Below, in pieces: positions 21,718-32,486 of a stretch of 64,000 bases of DNA; the stretch's first letter is position 1; the number at the start of each line of letters is the position of its first letter. The stretch is taken from assembly GCA_023213195.1 (NCBI GenBank), contig CP096135.1, forward strand, positions 558,548-622,547, given 5' to 3'. Source of the stretch: Sphingobacteriales bacterium JAD_PAG50586_3. Its GTDB lineage: Bacteria > Bacteroidota > Bacteroidia > CAMBQF01. A program made the position numbers and the translations under genes. The notes beneath the pieces are model-generated. The model searched no databases, was not told where the DNA came from, and saw only the letters and a list, made by a program, of their open reading frames with translations.

Positions 21718-22097
21718 ATGAAGTATTATCTAATGTGCGTAGTTACGGCAATTGCTTTGCTTTTGCTTGTAATAGCCTGCAAAAAGGAAGATACTACATG
21801 CGGCATACAGGTTGCCGTTACCGATACCTTAAACAACAAGCTAAAGCATAAGTGGGTGGTGTTTGATGTGCCTGATAATTTGCCCCCAGCCAAACCGGTA
21901 ACCCTATTACTAACGAGCTGCCTGTTACACTCAACACAGGCGATGTGGGCTTTGTAGAAACTATTTTTAGCAAGCCGGCCATTATCCAGGCCAATGTATA
22001 CGACTCTGCCGATGTGCAGTTTCTTGCACCCCTTAAAGCGCAAATCATTCAATTAAAGCAGGGCGAAACCGTTTCGTATTCAATAGAAATAGAATAA
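21718..22097 (+). CDS. Small lipoprotein, paralog 2 of 3 (poly-C slip near 21885)
   Basis: VIA-C KKEDTTC; the corrected frame gives LPPSQTGNP..FSKPAIIQANVYDSADVQFLAPLK..LKQGETV, collinear with paralog 1. Confidence 0.7.
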
Positions 22098-22168
22098 TAC
22101 TGTTGTCCGCATAGGACAATTAAAAAGGTTTTCTTATATTTGAAATAACCTTACAAAACTTATATTGA

Positions 22169-22552
22169 ATGAAAATACGTTTACTTTCTAAAATTTCGCT
22201 TCTGTTAATATTACTAGCCGGTTCTTTGGCATTATCATCGTGCAGTAAAGACGAAACCTGCTCTGTAGTTATTACCGTAGAAAATGAGTTAGGCATAGCA
22301 CAACCCGGTTATATGGTAGTGTTTGATAACCACCGCGGCGCTGTGGGGGCCAATACACAAAGCTACAATACACAATTGGTAACCGATGCTAAAGGAAGGG
22401 TAGAAGCCACCTTTAAGCTGCCTGCTATTATAGAAGCCCGCGCTTACGCACCCGGCGAATCTGTTTTTGATCAGATTAACGAAGACGGTTGGGTTTCTGT
22501 TAAATTAAAACCCGGCCAAACCGTAGCCTATACAATTGTAGTCCCTAATTAG
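22169..22552 (+). CDS. Small lipoprotein, paralog 3 of 3
   Basis: LSS-C SKDETC; GRVEATFKLPAIIEA; LKPGQTV. Confidence 0.75.
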   Translation: MKIRLLSKISLLLILLAGSLALSSCSKDETCSVVITVENELGIAQPGYMVVFDNHRGAVGANTQSYNTQLVTDAKGRVEATFKLPAIIEARAYAPGESVFDQINEDGWVSVKLKPGQTVAYTIVVPN

Positions 22553-22587
22553 ACTTTATTTACTGATTACTGACCCCTGACAACTGG

Positions 22588-22935
22588 TTAAATACCCTGC
22601 TCTTTAAAATATTCTACTATAGCCTCGCGCATTAATAAATGTTGTTGTGCGGGCTTTAGCGGAGGTAGTTTTTCGTTTAGTTTAAAGTGCGGCCAATGGT
22701 CTTCATCGCGGCCCTCAAATTCATAATAGCCATACCGTTCAAGCAAGGTGCATATAGCAATGTGCATTACGGCCAGTTTATCGTCTTTCTTAAACTTTTG
22801 AAAACCCATACCCAGTTCCTGCACACCTATAAGAAATAGTATGCCCTGCATATCTATAGCCTCACCATCGGCAAATTGCTTAGACAGTACCTCGCTTATC
22901 CGCTTAAATTCTCTATCTAACTCTTCGTTATTCAT
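22588..22935 (-). CDS. Conserved hypothetical Bacteroidota protein
   Basis: ILFLIGVQELG, MHIAICTLL, GRDEDHWPH motifs. Confidence 0.7.
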   Translation of the reverse strand: MNNEELDREFKRISEVLSKQFADGEAIDMQGILFLIGVQELGMGFQKFKKDDKLAVMHIAICTLLERYGYYEFEGRDEDHWPHFKLNEKLPPLKPAQQHLLMREAIVEYFKEQGI

Positions 22936-22952
22936 TGATAAACTTTTTAATT

Positions 22953-22972
22953 CCCACAGTTGAAACTGTGGG
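22953..22972. repeat. REP-like hairpin
   Basis: CCCACAGTT-ga-AACTGTGGG, followed by pyrimidine-rich heptamer-like repeats at 22978-23010. Confidence 0.65.
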
Positions 22973-23013
22973 CTATGTTCTCTCCTCGCTCCTCTCTTCG
23001 CTCTACTCTACAA

Positions 23014-24131
23014 TTAAAACCAAACAGCCAAACTGCTAAACAGTATGCTGCTGTAGTTTACCGGCAGGTTGCTGCGGGTGTAAATACCATTACGCCCCCG
23101 TAGCCGCGGCCTTCTAAACGCAACAATACATTTTTAACGGGGCTGTAGTTAACGCCCAACGTTCCACTATAGGCCTCAAATGCTCTTGCCTGTAGCTGGT
23201 TAGGGGCAGATAGTACGCCGTTAGGGTCGTTAAAATACTCTAAACGGCCACTTAGGCTAAACTTATCGTTAAACTTATAGCGGGCAGCCGCATTAACGCT
23301 GTACCAAATATATTCAGGGTTAAGAGAGTTGTAAACCCCCTGTGCGCCAATGTAGGCGGTAGCGTTTAAATCCCACTTTCCTTTTTGCCATGTTAAAAAG
23401 AAATCGTTGAAGTAGCGTGCTGCCAGCCATTGTTGGTCCAGGCTACCGGCATCGCCGGCAAAGGTGTTCCAAAACAAATTAAGGTTAGGCTTTATTTTAT
23501 ATTGAAGTTGCGATGCAAAGGCCACGCTGCGTGCACTGGCACTGTTAAAGTTAATGGTTTGCCAACCGTTTAAGCCATACAGCGTAAGGGTAAACTTCGG
23601 CGATAATGGCATAGTTAACCGCAGGCCGCTAACATAGTAGGGGGCGTTTTCAGCTGCTAAAGAGCGACTGTATAGCAATTGGTCTTTAGATATAGGTGTT
23701 TCGTAAGTAAAGGGCGATGTAAACACACCTACATCCAGCCACATATTTTTATTTTTTGATAATTTAAAACCACCGTAGGTTTCCAGTAAAAAGCGGTTCA
23801 GCACGTTCTCGTTGCCGTAGTTATCAATCATATACGTGCCATAGCCGGGCGTTAGCTGTAGCCTTACACGCTCGCTGCGGTAGCCAATACCTAAATAGGC
23901 CACGTTAACCGCAAACTGCCTAAGCCTTGCCGATGATACCGCGTAGGGCCTTTTGGTGCTGCTGGTGTTAAATGGGTCAAAATTGAAGTAGCCATCCACA
24001 TAGCCGGAAATGATAAGCGTGTCTTTAGACCCGTTTTCAGGCGCTTTAGCTAGTGGGAATGGTATATTTATCTGGGCTTGGGCAACTATACCTACTAATA
24101 GTAAAAATGCCGCTATGCAGTGCTTTTTCAA
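23014..24131 (-). CDS. Outer-membrane beta-barrel porin (putative BBP2-type), poly-G slip near the C-terminus
   Basis: Signal peptide LKKHCIAAFLLL, ISGYVDGYF, SRSLAAENAPYY, NGWQ; the corrected C-terminus ends SLAVWF*. Confidence 0.75.
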
Positions 24132-24249
24132 AGTCTTGTTGTTTGCAGCAAAATTAGTAAATACTTTGTAGTAATCTCCCTTTAAATAATGGCGCTTCAA
24201 AGCCTGGCGAGGGGAAATGTTTCTTATCCTATCCTCTGCCACAAGAATC

Positions 24250-24316
24250 TTTATAAAATCTTTATGTATATGCCCCATAATTTTATGTTTTACATATAAA
24301 GCCCACCGTACCTTTG
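24250..24316 (+). promoter_or_regulatory. Putative KdpE-type direct-repeat operator and -7 promoter
   Basis: TTTATA (24250) and TTTATG (24261) 11 bp apart, then TTTATG (24282), TTTACA (24289) and TACCTTTG (24309). Confidence 0.5.
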
Positions 24317-24339
24317 TGCAGCAATAAACGCATTAACCC

Positions 24340-25423
24340 GTGGATACCTTTAAACGGTTTAAACTAACAACATACGAGCAATACACCTTTGGTGTGCTTG
24401 CCGTTTGTTTGGTTACCGGAGTTTCGTTTTTGTTTTACGATTTTATGGGCTATAAAACAGTATCGTTGCTGTTGCTCTTTACCGTATCGGTATGCGCCAT
24501 GTTCTTTGATATTTTACCGGTGTTGGTGGTGGCGGTGTTAAGTGCCCTTTTGTGGGATTATCTTTTTATACCTCCCCGCTTTACGTTGGTGGTTACCAGT
24601 ACAGAAGATATGCTAATGCTGCTTATGTATTTTGTAATAGCCCTGAGTAAACGCGGTATTTACTTTTAAAATAAGGCAGATAGAAAAACTATCAAGGCAA
24701 AAAGACGAAAAAGCCCAAATGCTGAAGCTGTACAACGCGTTGCTCAATTCATTATCGCACGAGCTGCGCACGCCCATTTCAACCATCATAGCGGTTACAG
24801 ATAACCTGCAAAGCAATGCCGGCAAACTAAGCGAGGGCGATAAAAAGCAGTTACTGGTAGAGGCATCGCAGGCATCGTTAAGGCTAAACCGTCAGGTAGA
24901 AAATTTGCTTAACATGTCGCGGTTAGAGTCTGATGTTATAAAACCTAAGAAAGATTGGTGCGATGTAAACGAGCTTATTTACTCTGCCATAAACAGTTTA
25001 GAAGACAACCTGCAAAACCATAAAATCGACGTAAAAATTAGTAAGGATGTGCCTCTGGTAAAACTGGACTTTGGCCTTATGGAGCAGGTGCTGTATAACC
25101 TTATTTACAATGCTACCCTTTATACACCGGCGGGCACACACATTCAAATTTTTGCAGATTGTATTAAAGATGTTTTGATACTGGATGTAGAGGATAATGG
25201 TAATGGTTTTCCACCCGAAGAGGTAAATAAGGTATTTGACAAATTTTACCGTATTGAACATACTAAGGCAGGAGGTACAGGCCTTGGCCTTTCCATTGTA
25301 AAAGGCTTTATAGAGGCGCATTCAGGCACAATTACAGTAGTAAACAAAGTACCCCACGGTGCCAGGTTTACTATTGAAATACCTACAGAAACATCGTATC
25401 TAAATAATTTGAAAAATGAGTAG
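24340..25423 (+). CDS. KdpD-like sensor histidine kinase (4-TM domain + HisKA/HATPase only), split at a CCWGG site
   Basis: WDYLFIPPRFTL transmembrane motif, SHELRTP H-box, GGTGLGLSI; fragments join as FVIALVNAVFTFK if CCTGAG 24642-24647 is CCTGG. Confidence 0.85.
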
Positions 25424-26102
25424 CGCCGACATACTGATTATAGACGATGAGGCGCAAATACGCCGCCTGCTGCAAATTACCCTGCAGGCCGAAGGATATG
25501 CTGTAAAAGAAGCCAGTACCGCTGCCGAGGGGATAACAATGGCTGCAAGCCACCGCCCACAGCTGGTAATTTTAGATATTGGTTTGCCTGATGAAAGCGG
25601 CCACGAAGTATTAAAAAAATTGCGCGAGTGGTACGATAATCCAATCATAATCCTTTCTGCACAAAGCGATGAGGAGGATATTGTAAAGGCGCTTGATAAC
25701 GGCGCTAACGACTACCTGATAAAGCCATTCCGTACAGGCGAGTTGGTGGCGCGCATACGCACAGCTTTGCGCAACACCAATAAAGACAAGGCCGACCCTG
25801 TAATTACCAATGATATTGTAACTATTGATTTAGCAGCGCACACTGTTAAAAAGAACGATGAGTTGCTTAAGCTAACATCAACAGAATACACCTTACTGGC
25901 GCTAATGGCCAAAAACGAAGGGAAAGTACTTACCCACCAATACCTGCTAAAACAGGTCTGGGGGCCAACATATATAGAACAATCGCAGTACCTGCGGGTA
26001 TTTGTTGCCCAACTGCGCAAAAAATTAGAAGACAACCCTAATAAACCCGCCTATATAGTTACCGAATCGGGCATCGGGTACAGGTTCTCTTTACAGAAAT
26101 AA
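25416..26102 (+). CDS. kdpE: KdpE-like OmpR-family response regulator
   Basis: Receiver domain (IDDE, LDIGLPD, KPF) plus VLTHQYLLKQVWG..YLRVFVAQLRKKLEDNP..TESGIGYR. Confidence 0.82.
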   Translation: MSSADILIIDDEAQIRRLLQITLQAEGYAVKEASTAAEGITMAASHRPQLVILDIGLPDESGHEVLKKLREWYDNPIIILSAQSDEEDIVKALDNGANDYLIKPFRTGELVARIRTALRNTNKDKADPVITNDIVTIDLAAHTVKKNDELLKLTSTEYTLLALMAKNEGKVLTHQYLLKQVWGPTYIEQSQYLRVFVAQLRKKLEDNPNKPAYIVTESGIGYRFSLQK

Positions 26103-26117
26103 AAGCAAATACATACA

Positions 26118-28061
26118 ATGATGAAAACTGCACAAACACATGCGGGCAAGATAACTGCGGCCTCACTTTTGGTAGCACTCGGCATAATTTATGGCGATAT
26201 TGGTACCAGCCCTTTGTATGTTTTAAAGGCAATAGTAGGCGAAAGGCCAATAACCGAAGACTTAGTATTTGGTGGCGTTTCGTGTATATTTTGGACACTC
26301 GTTTTTCAAACCACCATAAAGTATATTTGGCTTACTCTTAAAGCCGATAACGATGGCGAAGGCGGTATATTTTCGCTGTATGCGCTGGTGCGCCGCTATG
26401 GCAAAAAGCTTGTTATTCCCACCATTTTAGGCGCTACTACATTATTGGCCGATGGTATTATAACCCCACCCATATCGGTAGCATCGGCTGTAGAGGGGTT
26501 AGATATGGTTATGCCCGGTTTGCCTACCGTACCCATTGTGGTAGTTATCCTGTCTGCACTATTTTTCTTTCAACGTTTTGGCACACAAAAAGTGGGTAGC
26601 GCTTTTGGGCCGGTAATGGTGGTTTGGTTTAGTATGTTGTTTATTTTGGGTGCTAGCCAAATTATGCACTACCCTAGTGTTCTAAAGGCACTAAGCCCTG
26701 CCTATGCGTATAATTTATTAGTAGAATACCCGCACGGTTTTTGGTTGTTGGGCGCGGTGTTTTTATGTACCACCGGTGCCGAGGCATTATACTCCGATTT
26801 AGGGCATTGCGGACGTAAAAACATACGCATAACCTGGGCATTTGTAAAAGTATGCTTAGTAGCTAACTATGCCGGGCAGGCTGCTTGGCTTATGCACCAA
26901 TCAAACCCAATGCTGGCAGGCCGCAACCCGTTTTTCGAGATGATGCCCCAATGGTTTTTACTGCCGGGAATAATCATTGCTACAGCAGCCACCATTATAG
27001 CATCGCAAGCGCTAATAAGTGGTTCGTATACGCTGATTAGTGAGGCAATGAACTTAAACTTTTGGCCCAGGGTAACGGTTAGGCAACCGTCTGAGCTAAA
27101 AGGTCAGATTTACATACCCAGCGTAAACACCATACTGTGGGTGGGTTGTGTTATGATGATTTTATACTTCCAATCGTCTACCCACATGGAGGCTGCCTAT
27201 GGTTTTTCTATTACCGTAGCCATGATGATGACTACCATTTTATTGGGATATTTCCTTGTATACAAGCTAAAGTGGAACATTGTTTTGGTGGTTTTTATCA
27301 TGTTGGTTTTTTCTACTGTTGAGCTTTCGTTCTTCATTACCAACGTGGCTAAAATAAAAGAACGGTGGATGTTCCTGTTCTTTGAACTGTTTATTTTTAT
27401 GGTGATGTATTGCTGGTATTACGCCCGCAAAATAAACAACCGCTTTACCAAATTTACCGACCTTGGAAAACACGCCCCGCTTATTAAAACATTAAGCGAG
27501 GATGATAGCATACCAAAATTCTCAACCCACCTTATCTACCTAACAAAAGCCAACAACCGTAACGAGGTAGAAGAAAAAATAATCAACTCCATATTTGCCA
27601 GCAAACCTAAGCGGGCCGATGTGTATTGGTTTGTACACATACACCGTACAGAACACCCTTACACATTAAGCTACGAGGTAACAGAATTGCTAGACGATAA
27701 GGTGATAAAAGTAACCGTAAATGTAGGCTTCCGCATACAGCCCCGTACCGAGTTGTACTTTAAAAAGATAGTACAGGATTTGGTGGCAAATAAAGAACTA
27801 AACCTGCACACGCGCCCCGATGGCTCTACACCCTACAACCCTAACCCCGATTTTAAATTTGTGGTAATTGAAAAATTCCTGTCGGTAGAAAATGAGTTTG
27901 CCGTACGCGAAGGCCTGTTGCTAAATACTTACTTTATGCTAAAACGCCTGGGTCAAAGCGATGCAAAGGCCTTTGGGCTGGATAAAAGCGATGTTGTTTT
28001 AGAACACACCCCATTAGTATATCAACCCATTCAAAAAATTGAATTAACACGTAATAATTAA
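26118..28061 (+). CDS. kup: KUP/HAK/KT potassium uptake transporter
   Basis: GIIYGDIGTSPLY, DNDGEGG, GAEALYSDLGH, GQIYIP, AAYG. Confidence 0.95.
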   Translation: MMKTAQTHAGKITAASLLVALGIIYGDIGTSPLYVLKAIVGERPITEDLVFGGVSCIFWTLVFQTTIKYIWLTLKADNDGEGGIFSLYALVRRYGKKLVIPTILGATTLLADGIITPPISVASAVEGLDMVMPGLPTVPIVVVILSALFFFQRFGTQKVGSAFGPVMVVWFSMLFILGASQIMHYPSVLKALSPAYAYNLLVEYPHGFWLLGAVFLCTTGAEALYSDLGHCGRKNIRITWAFVKVCLVANYAGQAAWLMHQSNPMLAGRNPFFEMMPQWFLLPGIIIATAATIIASQALISGSYTLISEAMNLNFWPRVTVRQPSELKGQIYIPSVNTILWVGCVMMILYFQSSTHMEAAYGFSITVAMMMTTILLGYFLVYKLKWNIVLVVFIMLVFSTVELSFFITNVAKIKERWMFLFFELFIFMVMYCWYYARKINNRFTKFTDLGKHAPLIKTLSEDDSIPKFSTHLIYLTKANNRNEVEEKIINSIFASKPKRADVYWFVHIHRTEHPYTLSYEVTELLDDKVIKVTVNVGFRIQPRTELYFKKIVQDLVANKELNLHTRPDGSTPYNPNPDFKFVVIEKFLSVENEFAVREGLLLNTYFMLKRLGQSDAKAFGLDKSDVVLEHTPLVYQPIQKIELTRNN

Positions 28062-28066
28062 CTCTT

Positions 28067-29452
28067 ATGACTAGTAAAAGCATTTTAATAATTGTGCTAT
28101 GTGGCTTGCAAACAGTGGCTTTTGCACAAACTGCCGATAGCACCTATACCGGAAAACAAAAGGGCGAACCTTTTGAAGGCATTGACCAAACATGGCAAAA
28201 CGGTAGCGACCGCCGCAACCATTCCATTTTTCAAAACATGAAATATTTTACACCCAGCATATTGGTAGATGTAAACTATACCCACTCGTTCAACAACCCT
28301 AACGATAATACAGTTGTTGGCTCAACGGCATTAGCACGTAATAACGAGATTCAACTTTCGGCCCTGCATTTTGGTGGCGATTTTTACTACAAAGGAGCCC
28401 GTGCGCGCTTTATGACACAGTTTGGCACCCGCAGCACGGTTGTTCCCCGCAACGATTTTAGCCCCTACCGTGGGCAATATAACCTTGCTAATGTTTACCG
28501 CTACCTAAGCGAAGCCTATGCAGGCTACCATTTTGATAAAATGAATGGTATTAATGTAGATGTTGGTTTGTTCATGTCCTACATCGGTTTAAACTCCTTT
28601 TACCAGGCCGAGAATTGGGAGTATCAGGCATCTTTCACGTCAGACAATACGCCATGGCTTTTTAATGGGGTTCGTGTGCAAATATTCCCAAATAAAAACT
28701 GGAAAATAGAGCCATGGCTTATAAACGGCTGGCAAAGCTATGGCAAGTTTAACAGCATGCCAGGCTTTGGGGGTAACATTACGTATATGAGTACTAACGG
28801 CAATTTAAAAGTGCTTACTAACAACTATTATGGTTCCGATGCAGCGGGTATACCTGCCCGCAAGCGTTTCCATTCTGACAATAGCGTACTATACCGCTAC
28901 TACAACAAGCCCAACAACAAAGGCATAAGCCGCATGGCGTTTTCTTTAACGGCAGATTTTGGTTTTGAAAGAGGCGGTGGTGTAAACGGCTTTAACGATA
29001 AAGATTCTACCAAAGGCCCTGCGCAATACTTTGCCAGCGCTATGTTCTATAACCGTATATGGTTCTTCAAAAACAAATTTGCATGGACTGTTGGCGGTGG
29101 TGTTATGACAAACCCCGGCCGTTATCTGGTACTGTACCCCACCGGACAAGCCAGTCCGCTGCCTAACCCTAACAACCCTGCACAAACCGAGGGCGCTTTC
29201 CCATTTAGTGCTAACCCCGGCGATAAGTTTACCGGTTGGGATTATTCAACTAATATAGATTGGATGCCAAACCAAAGCATAACCTTTAGGGTAGAATATG
29301 TACACCGTGGTTCTACAGTAAATTACTTTGCCGGCCCGGGTGGTGTAACATCGCAAACAGGCTACACAACAACACCATTAGACCCTGCCTGGCGACCAGA
29401 TTTGGTAAAGAAAGAAGACAGGATAATATTTGCGGTATTGTTTAGATTGTAG
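28067..29452 (+). CDS. Outer-membrane beta-barrel porin (putative BBP2/DUF3138-like)
   Basis: Signal peptide, SEAYAGYH, GLFMSYIG, SDNTPW, INGWQSY; C-terminal LFRL; 5 nt after kup. Confidence 0.75.
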   Translation: MTSKSILIIVLCGLQTVAFAQTADSTYTGKQKGEPFEGIDQTWQNGSDRRNHSIFQNMKYFTPSILVDVNYTHSFNNPNDNTVVGSTALARNNEIQLSALHFGGDFYYKGARARFMTQFGTRSTVVPRNDFSPYRGQYNLANVYRYLSEAYAGYHFDKMNGINVDVGLFMSYIGLNSFYQAENWEYQASFTSDNTPWLFNGVRVQIFPNKNWKIEPWLINGWQSYGKFNSMPGFGGNITYMSTNGNLKVLTNNYYGSDAAGIPARKRFHSDNSVLYRYYNKPNNKGISRMAFSLTADFGFERGGGVNGFNDKDSTKGPAQYFASAMFYNRIWFFKNKFAWTVGGGVMTNPGRYLVLYPTGQASPLPNPNNPAQTEGAFPFSANPGDKFTGWDYSTNIDWMPNQSITFRVEYVHRGSTVNYFAGPGGVTSQTGYTTTPLDPAWRPDLVKKEDRIIFAVLFRL

Positions 29453-29508
29453 TCTTGAGTGGTGAGGTTTGAGTATAAAACTCAGTACTCAAGACTCACC
29501 ACTCAGAA
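29453..29508. repeat. Imperfect inverted array of GAGT/ACTC-containing short units between convergent genes, possibly a terminator
   Basis: tcttgagtggtgaggtttgagt...actcagtactcaagactcaccactcag. Confidence 0.5.
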
Positions 29509-29509
29509 T

Positions 29510-29915
29510 TTAACTACCCAGCTTCAAAATCCTGTCAAACTCATCTTTGGTAAGGGGCATAACAGATAAACGCCCTTGGCGTATTAAGCCGACATTCTGC
29601 AAAGTTTCGTCGGCTTTTATAGCTTCCAGCGTAACTGGTTTTTTAAGCTTTTTATGCGGAACAAGGTCAACCACTACCCAGCGTGCATCATCTATAGTAG
29701 GGTCGGGGTAATGCTCTTTAATCACCTTAGCAATACCAACAACGCACATGCCCTCGTTGCTATGGTAATACATTGCCAAATCACCTTTTTTCATGGCTTG
29801 CAGGTTATTTCGTGCCTTAGTAGTTGCGCACACCATCCCACACGGCTTTGCCGTCTTTTTCAAATTGTTCCCAGCTATACTTTACCGGTTCTGATTTTAC
29901 AAGCCAATAGTTCAT
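29510..29915 (-). CDS. EVE domain-containing protein, split at a CCWGG site
   Basis: MNYWLVKSEP..WDGVRNY(Q)ARNNL..YYHS..RLSV; break at CCTTAG 29815-29820. Confidence 0.9.
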
Positions 29916-29966
29916 AATTGTCAATTCTTTAGTTTTACCACCCCCGTCACGACTAGCGTCCTGACA

Positions 29967-29990
29967 CCCCCTCCTAAATTTAGGAGGGGG
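29967..29990. repeat. Perfect palindrome, REP-like or terminator
   Basis: CCCCCTCCTAAATTTAGGAGGGGG. Confidence 0.65.
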
Positions 29991-30002
29991 AAGGGGGAGG
30001 TA

Positions 30003-31025
30003 TTAATTCAAAATTTTATAAACCAATTCGTTCATTATCTCTTTCTCGCTTAGCGATGGATAACCAATGCCCTTGCTCATCATATCAGCCTCGCGCAAAA
30101 ACGTTACTATATGGCGCAGCTTTACATAAGGGTATATACGTGCCGATGCTATGTAATCTTTAGCAATAAAAGGGTGTATACCTATGGTAGATGCTACGTT
30201 CTTATCCGATTTATCGGCCAGAGTATGTATTAACAGCAGCTTGGTAAAATAGCCGTACAAGGTACCAATAGTCATTACCAGCGGGTAATTTTTTTGGTTA
30301 CGGGCAAAGTAATCTACAATCTTGTATGCCTTTAAAGAGTCGCGTTTGCCAAGGGCGTTGTTTAACTCAAAAATGTTATACTCTTTACTAACGCCAATAT
30401 ACTTTTCTACCAGTGCTTCGTCTATTACCTGCCCCGGCGGAACGTTGATAAACAGCTTATCAAACTCATTAGCAATTTTAGATAAATCGGCCCCTAAAAA
30501 CTCCGATACCATTATGGCTGCTTTTGGGGTAATACGATACCCTTTCTCACCAATGTAGGCTGTAATCCAGTCTACCAGTTTATAGTCTTTTATCTTTTCG
30601 GCAACATATAAAACAGCGTGTTTATCAAGGGCTTTGGCAAAAGCGGTGCGTTTATCTACCGTTTTGTTTTTATAGCAAAACACCAATACGGTAGAGGGTT
30701 GCGGGTTTTGAATATAGTTAAGCAGGTGCGCGGCTTTCTCTTCGTCTTTAGACATAAGGTCTCGCACATTTTGCGCTTCTTTAATTATCACCACCTGCTT
30801 CTCGCTCATCATAGGGAAGCGTTTGGCATTGGCCAAAATGTTCGCGGTATCAGTATCTTGCCCGTATAGTATGGTTTGGTTAAAGTCGCGCTCTTCTTCG
30901 GCTAAAACGTTTTTTTCAATATAGTCAGCCAGGGTATCAATAAAATAGGGTTCCTCTCCGCATAAAAAATACACGGGGCGGAATTTCTTCTGCTTCAGTT
31001 CTTGTTGTATCGCCTCAAAAGTCAC
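30003..31025 (-). CDS. holA: DNA polymerase III delta subunit
   Basis: PVYFLCGEEPYFID, DFNQTILYG, AKRFPMM, GVSKEYNIFEL. Confidence 0.93.
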   Translation of the reverse strand: MTFEAIQQELKQKKFRPVYFLCGEEPYFIDTLADYIEKNVLAEEERDFNQTILYGQDTDTANILANAKRFPMMSEKQVVIIKEAQNVRDLMSKDEEKAAHLLNYIQNPQPSTVLVFCYKNKTVDKRTAFAKALDKHAVLYVAEKIKDYKLVDWITAYIGEKGYRITPKAAIMVSEFLGADLSKIANEFDKLFINVPPGQVIDEALVEKYIGVSKEYNIFELNNALGKRDSLKAYKIVDYFARNQKNYPLVMTIGTLYGYFTKLLLIHTLADKSDKNVASTIGIHPFIAKDYIASARIYPYVKLRHIVTFLREADMMSKGIGYPSLSEKEIMNELVYKILN

Positions 31026-31125
31026 AGTGCAAAGGTAGTATAATGTGTTAACACCACAGTGCCGGTTTTATTTGCAAACACGGCTATACTGTTTGTGTTT
31101 ATGATTTATTTGCTATGCCAGTAAA

Positions 31126-31520
31126 CTATCTAAATATAGTATCACTGTCGTCAGATTCTGGGGCTTGCACAGCAAATACCTTTAGTGGTCGTCTTGATGT
31201 AACATTTACCGCATGCAAAGTGCCTTTGGGTATAAATATAACATCGCCGTTTTTTACCTTAAACCATTTATCAACTAGCATCATGTCGGCCTCGCCATCA
31301 ATAATGTAAACGTGTTCAGAGTGTTTTAAATGCCTGTGCGGGTTTAAGTTGCTGGTTATCCAAACTATATTTCCACTTGCTAAAGAGTCGTGCCCAACAT
31401 CTTTTTTCCTAAAATAAAAAGGTCTTTTGGCGTAAATAAATCTTCAGCTTTAGTAACAAGCTGGGCACTAATAGCATTAGCTACAAGGCATAAAATCAAT
31501 AGTGATAATAGCTTTTTCAT
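31126..31520 (-). CDS. Secreted cupin-domain protein (poly-A slip near 31405; not shown as one ORF in the track)
   Basis: Signal MKKLLSLLILC; the corrected frame reads PHRHLKHSEHVYIIDG..GDVIFIPKGTLHAV, the two cupin motifs. Confidence 0.75.
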
Positions 31521-31596
31521 CATTGTAATATTTAGTGCAATATACAGCAAACCATTTAGGTGGTTACTTGTTGCTTTTATCAATTACCTTTGCCCT

Positions 31597-32468
31597 ATGA
31601 TTGCGGCTATAACCGAGACCAAGAAGTTTCTATCGCTGGTAAAATTCAGCCATACCATTTTTGCATTACCATTTGCCATTATTGGTTTTATGCTGGGCAC
31701 AATGGCATCGGCACAACCATTTAGTTTAAAACTGTTTGGCTTAATGTTGGCCTGCATGGTGTTTGCACGCAGTGCCGCCATGGGTTTTAACCGCTATATA
31801 GACCGCCATTTTGATGCTAAAAACCCCCGCACCGCTATAAGAGAGATTCCATCGGGTATTATATCGCCCAATGCGGGTTTGGTGTTTGTAATTGTAAGCA
31901 GCATATTATTTGTATTGGCCACATGGTTTATAAACCCATTGTGCTTTTATTTATCGCCAATCGCATTGGCTGTGGTGTTGGGCTATAGCTATACCAAGCG
32001 GTTTACATGGCTATGCCATGTAATATTAGGTATTGGCTTATCGCTGGCACCTATAGGCGCATATTTGGCTGTTACGGGTGTGTTTAACCTGTTGCCATTG
32101 CTATTTTCTTTTACTGTGCTCTTTTGGGTTAGCGGTTTCGATATTATTTATTCTCTGCAAGATGAAGAGTTTGACGCTGCCAATAACCTCTATTCTATCC
32201 CATCGTTTTTAGGTAAAAAAATGCCCTGTTGGTTAGCCGGTTATTGCATGTTGCCAGTGCATCGTTTGTTATTGCCGCAGGCTTATATGGGCATTTTGGC
32301 TTTATTTATTGGATAGGCGCTGCCTTCTTTTTATCTATGCTTATATACCAGCACAGCCTTGTAAAACCAACCGACCTTAGCCGTGTAAACCTAGCCTTTG
32401 CAACAACCAACGGTATTGCCAGTGTTGCGTTTGGCTGCTTTGTAGTGGCCGATATTTTAATTCTCTAG
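31597..32468 (+). CDS. UbiA-like polyprenyltransferase (futalosine-pathway MqnP type), poly-A slip near 32218
   Basis: VKFSHTIFALPFA, ARSAAMGFNRYIDR..D..NPRT..REIP, YSYTKRFT, GFDIIYSLQD. Confidence 0.88.
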
Positions 32469-32486
32469 TTTGTATATTGCATAGCT

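Noticed and set aside
29510-29915. EVE protein as part of a modification-dependent restriction system linked to CCWGG methylation
   Set aside because: Stand-alone EVE protein next to holA with no nuclease partner; there is no evidence for a link.
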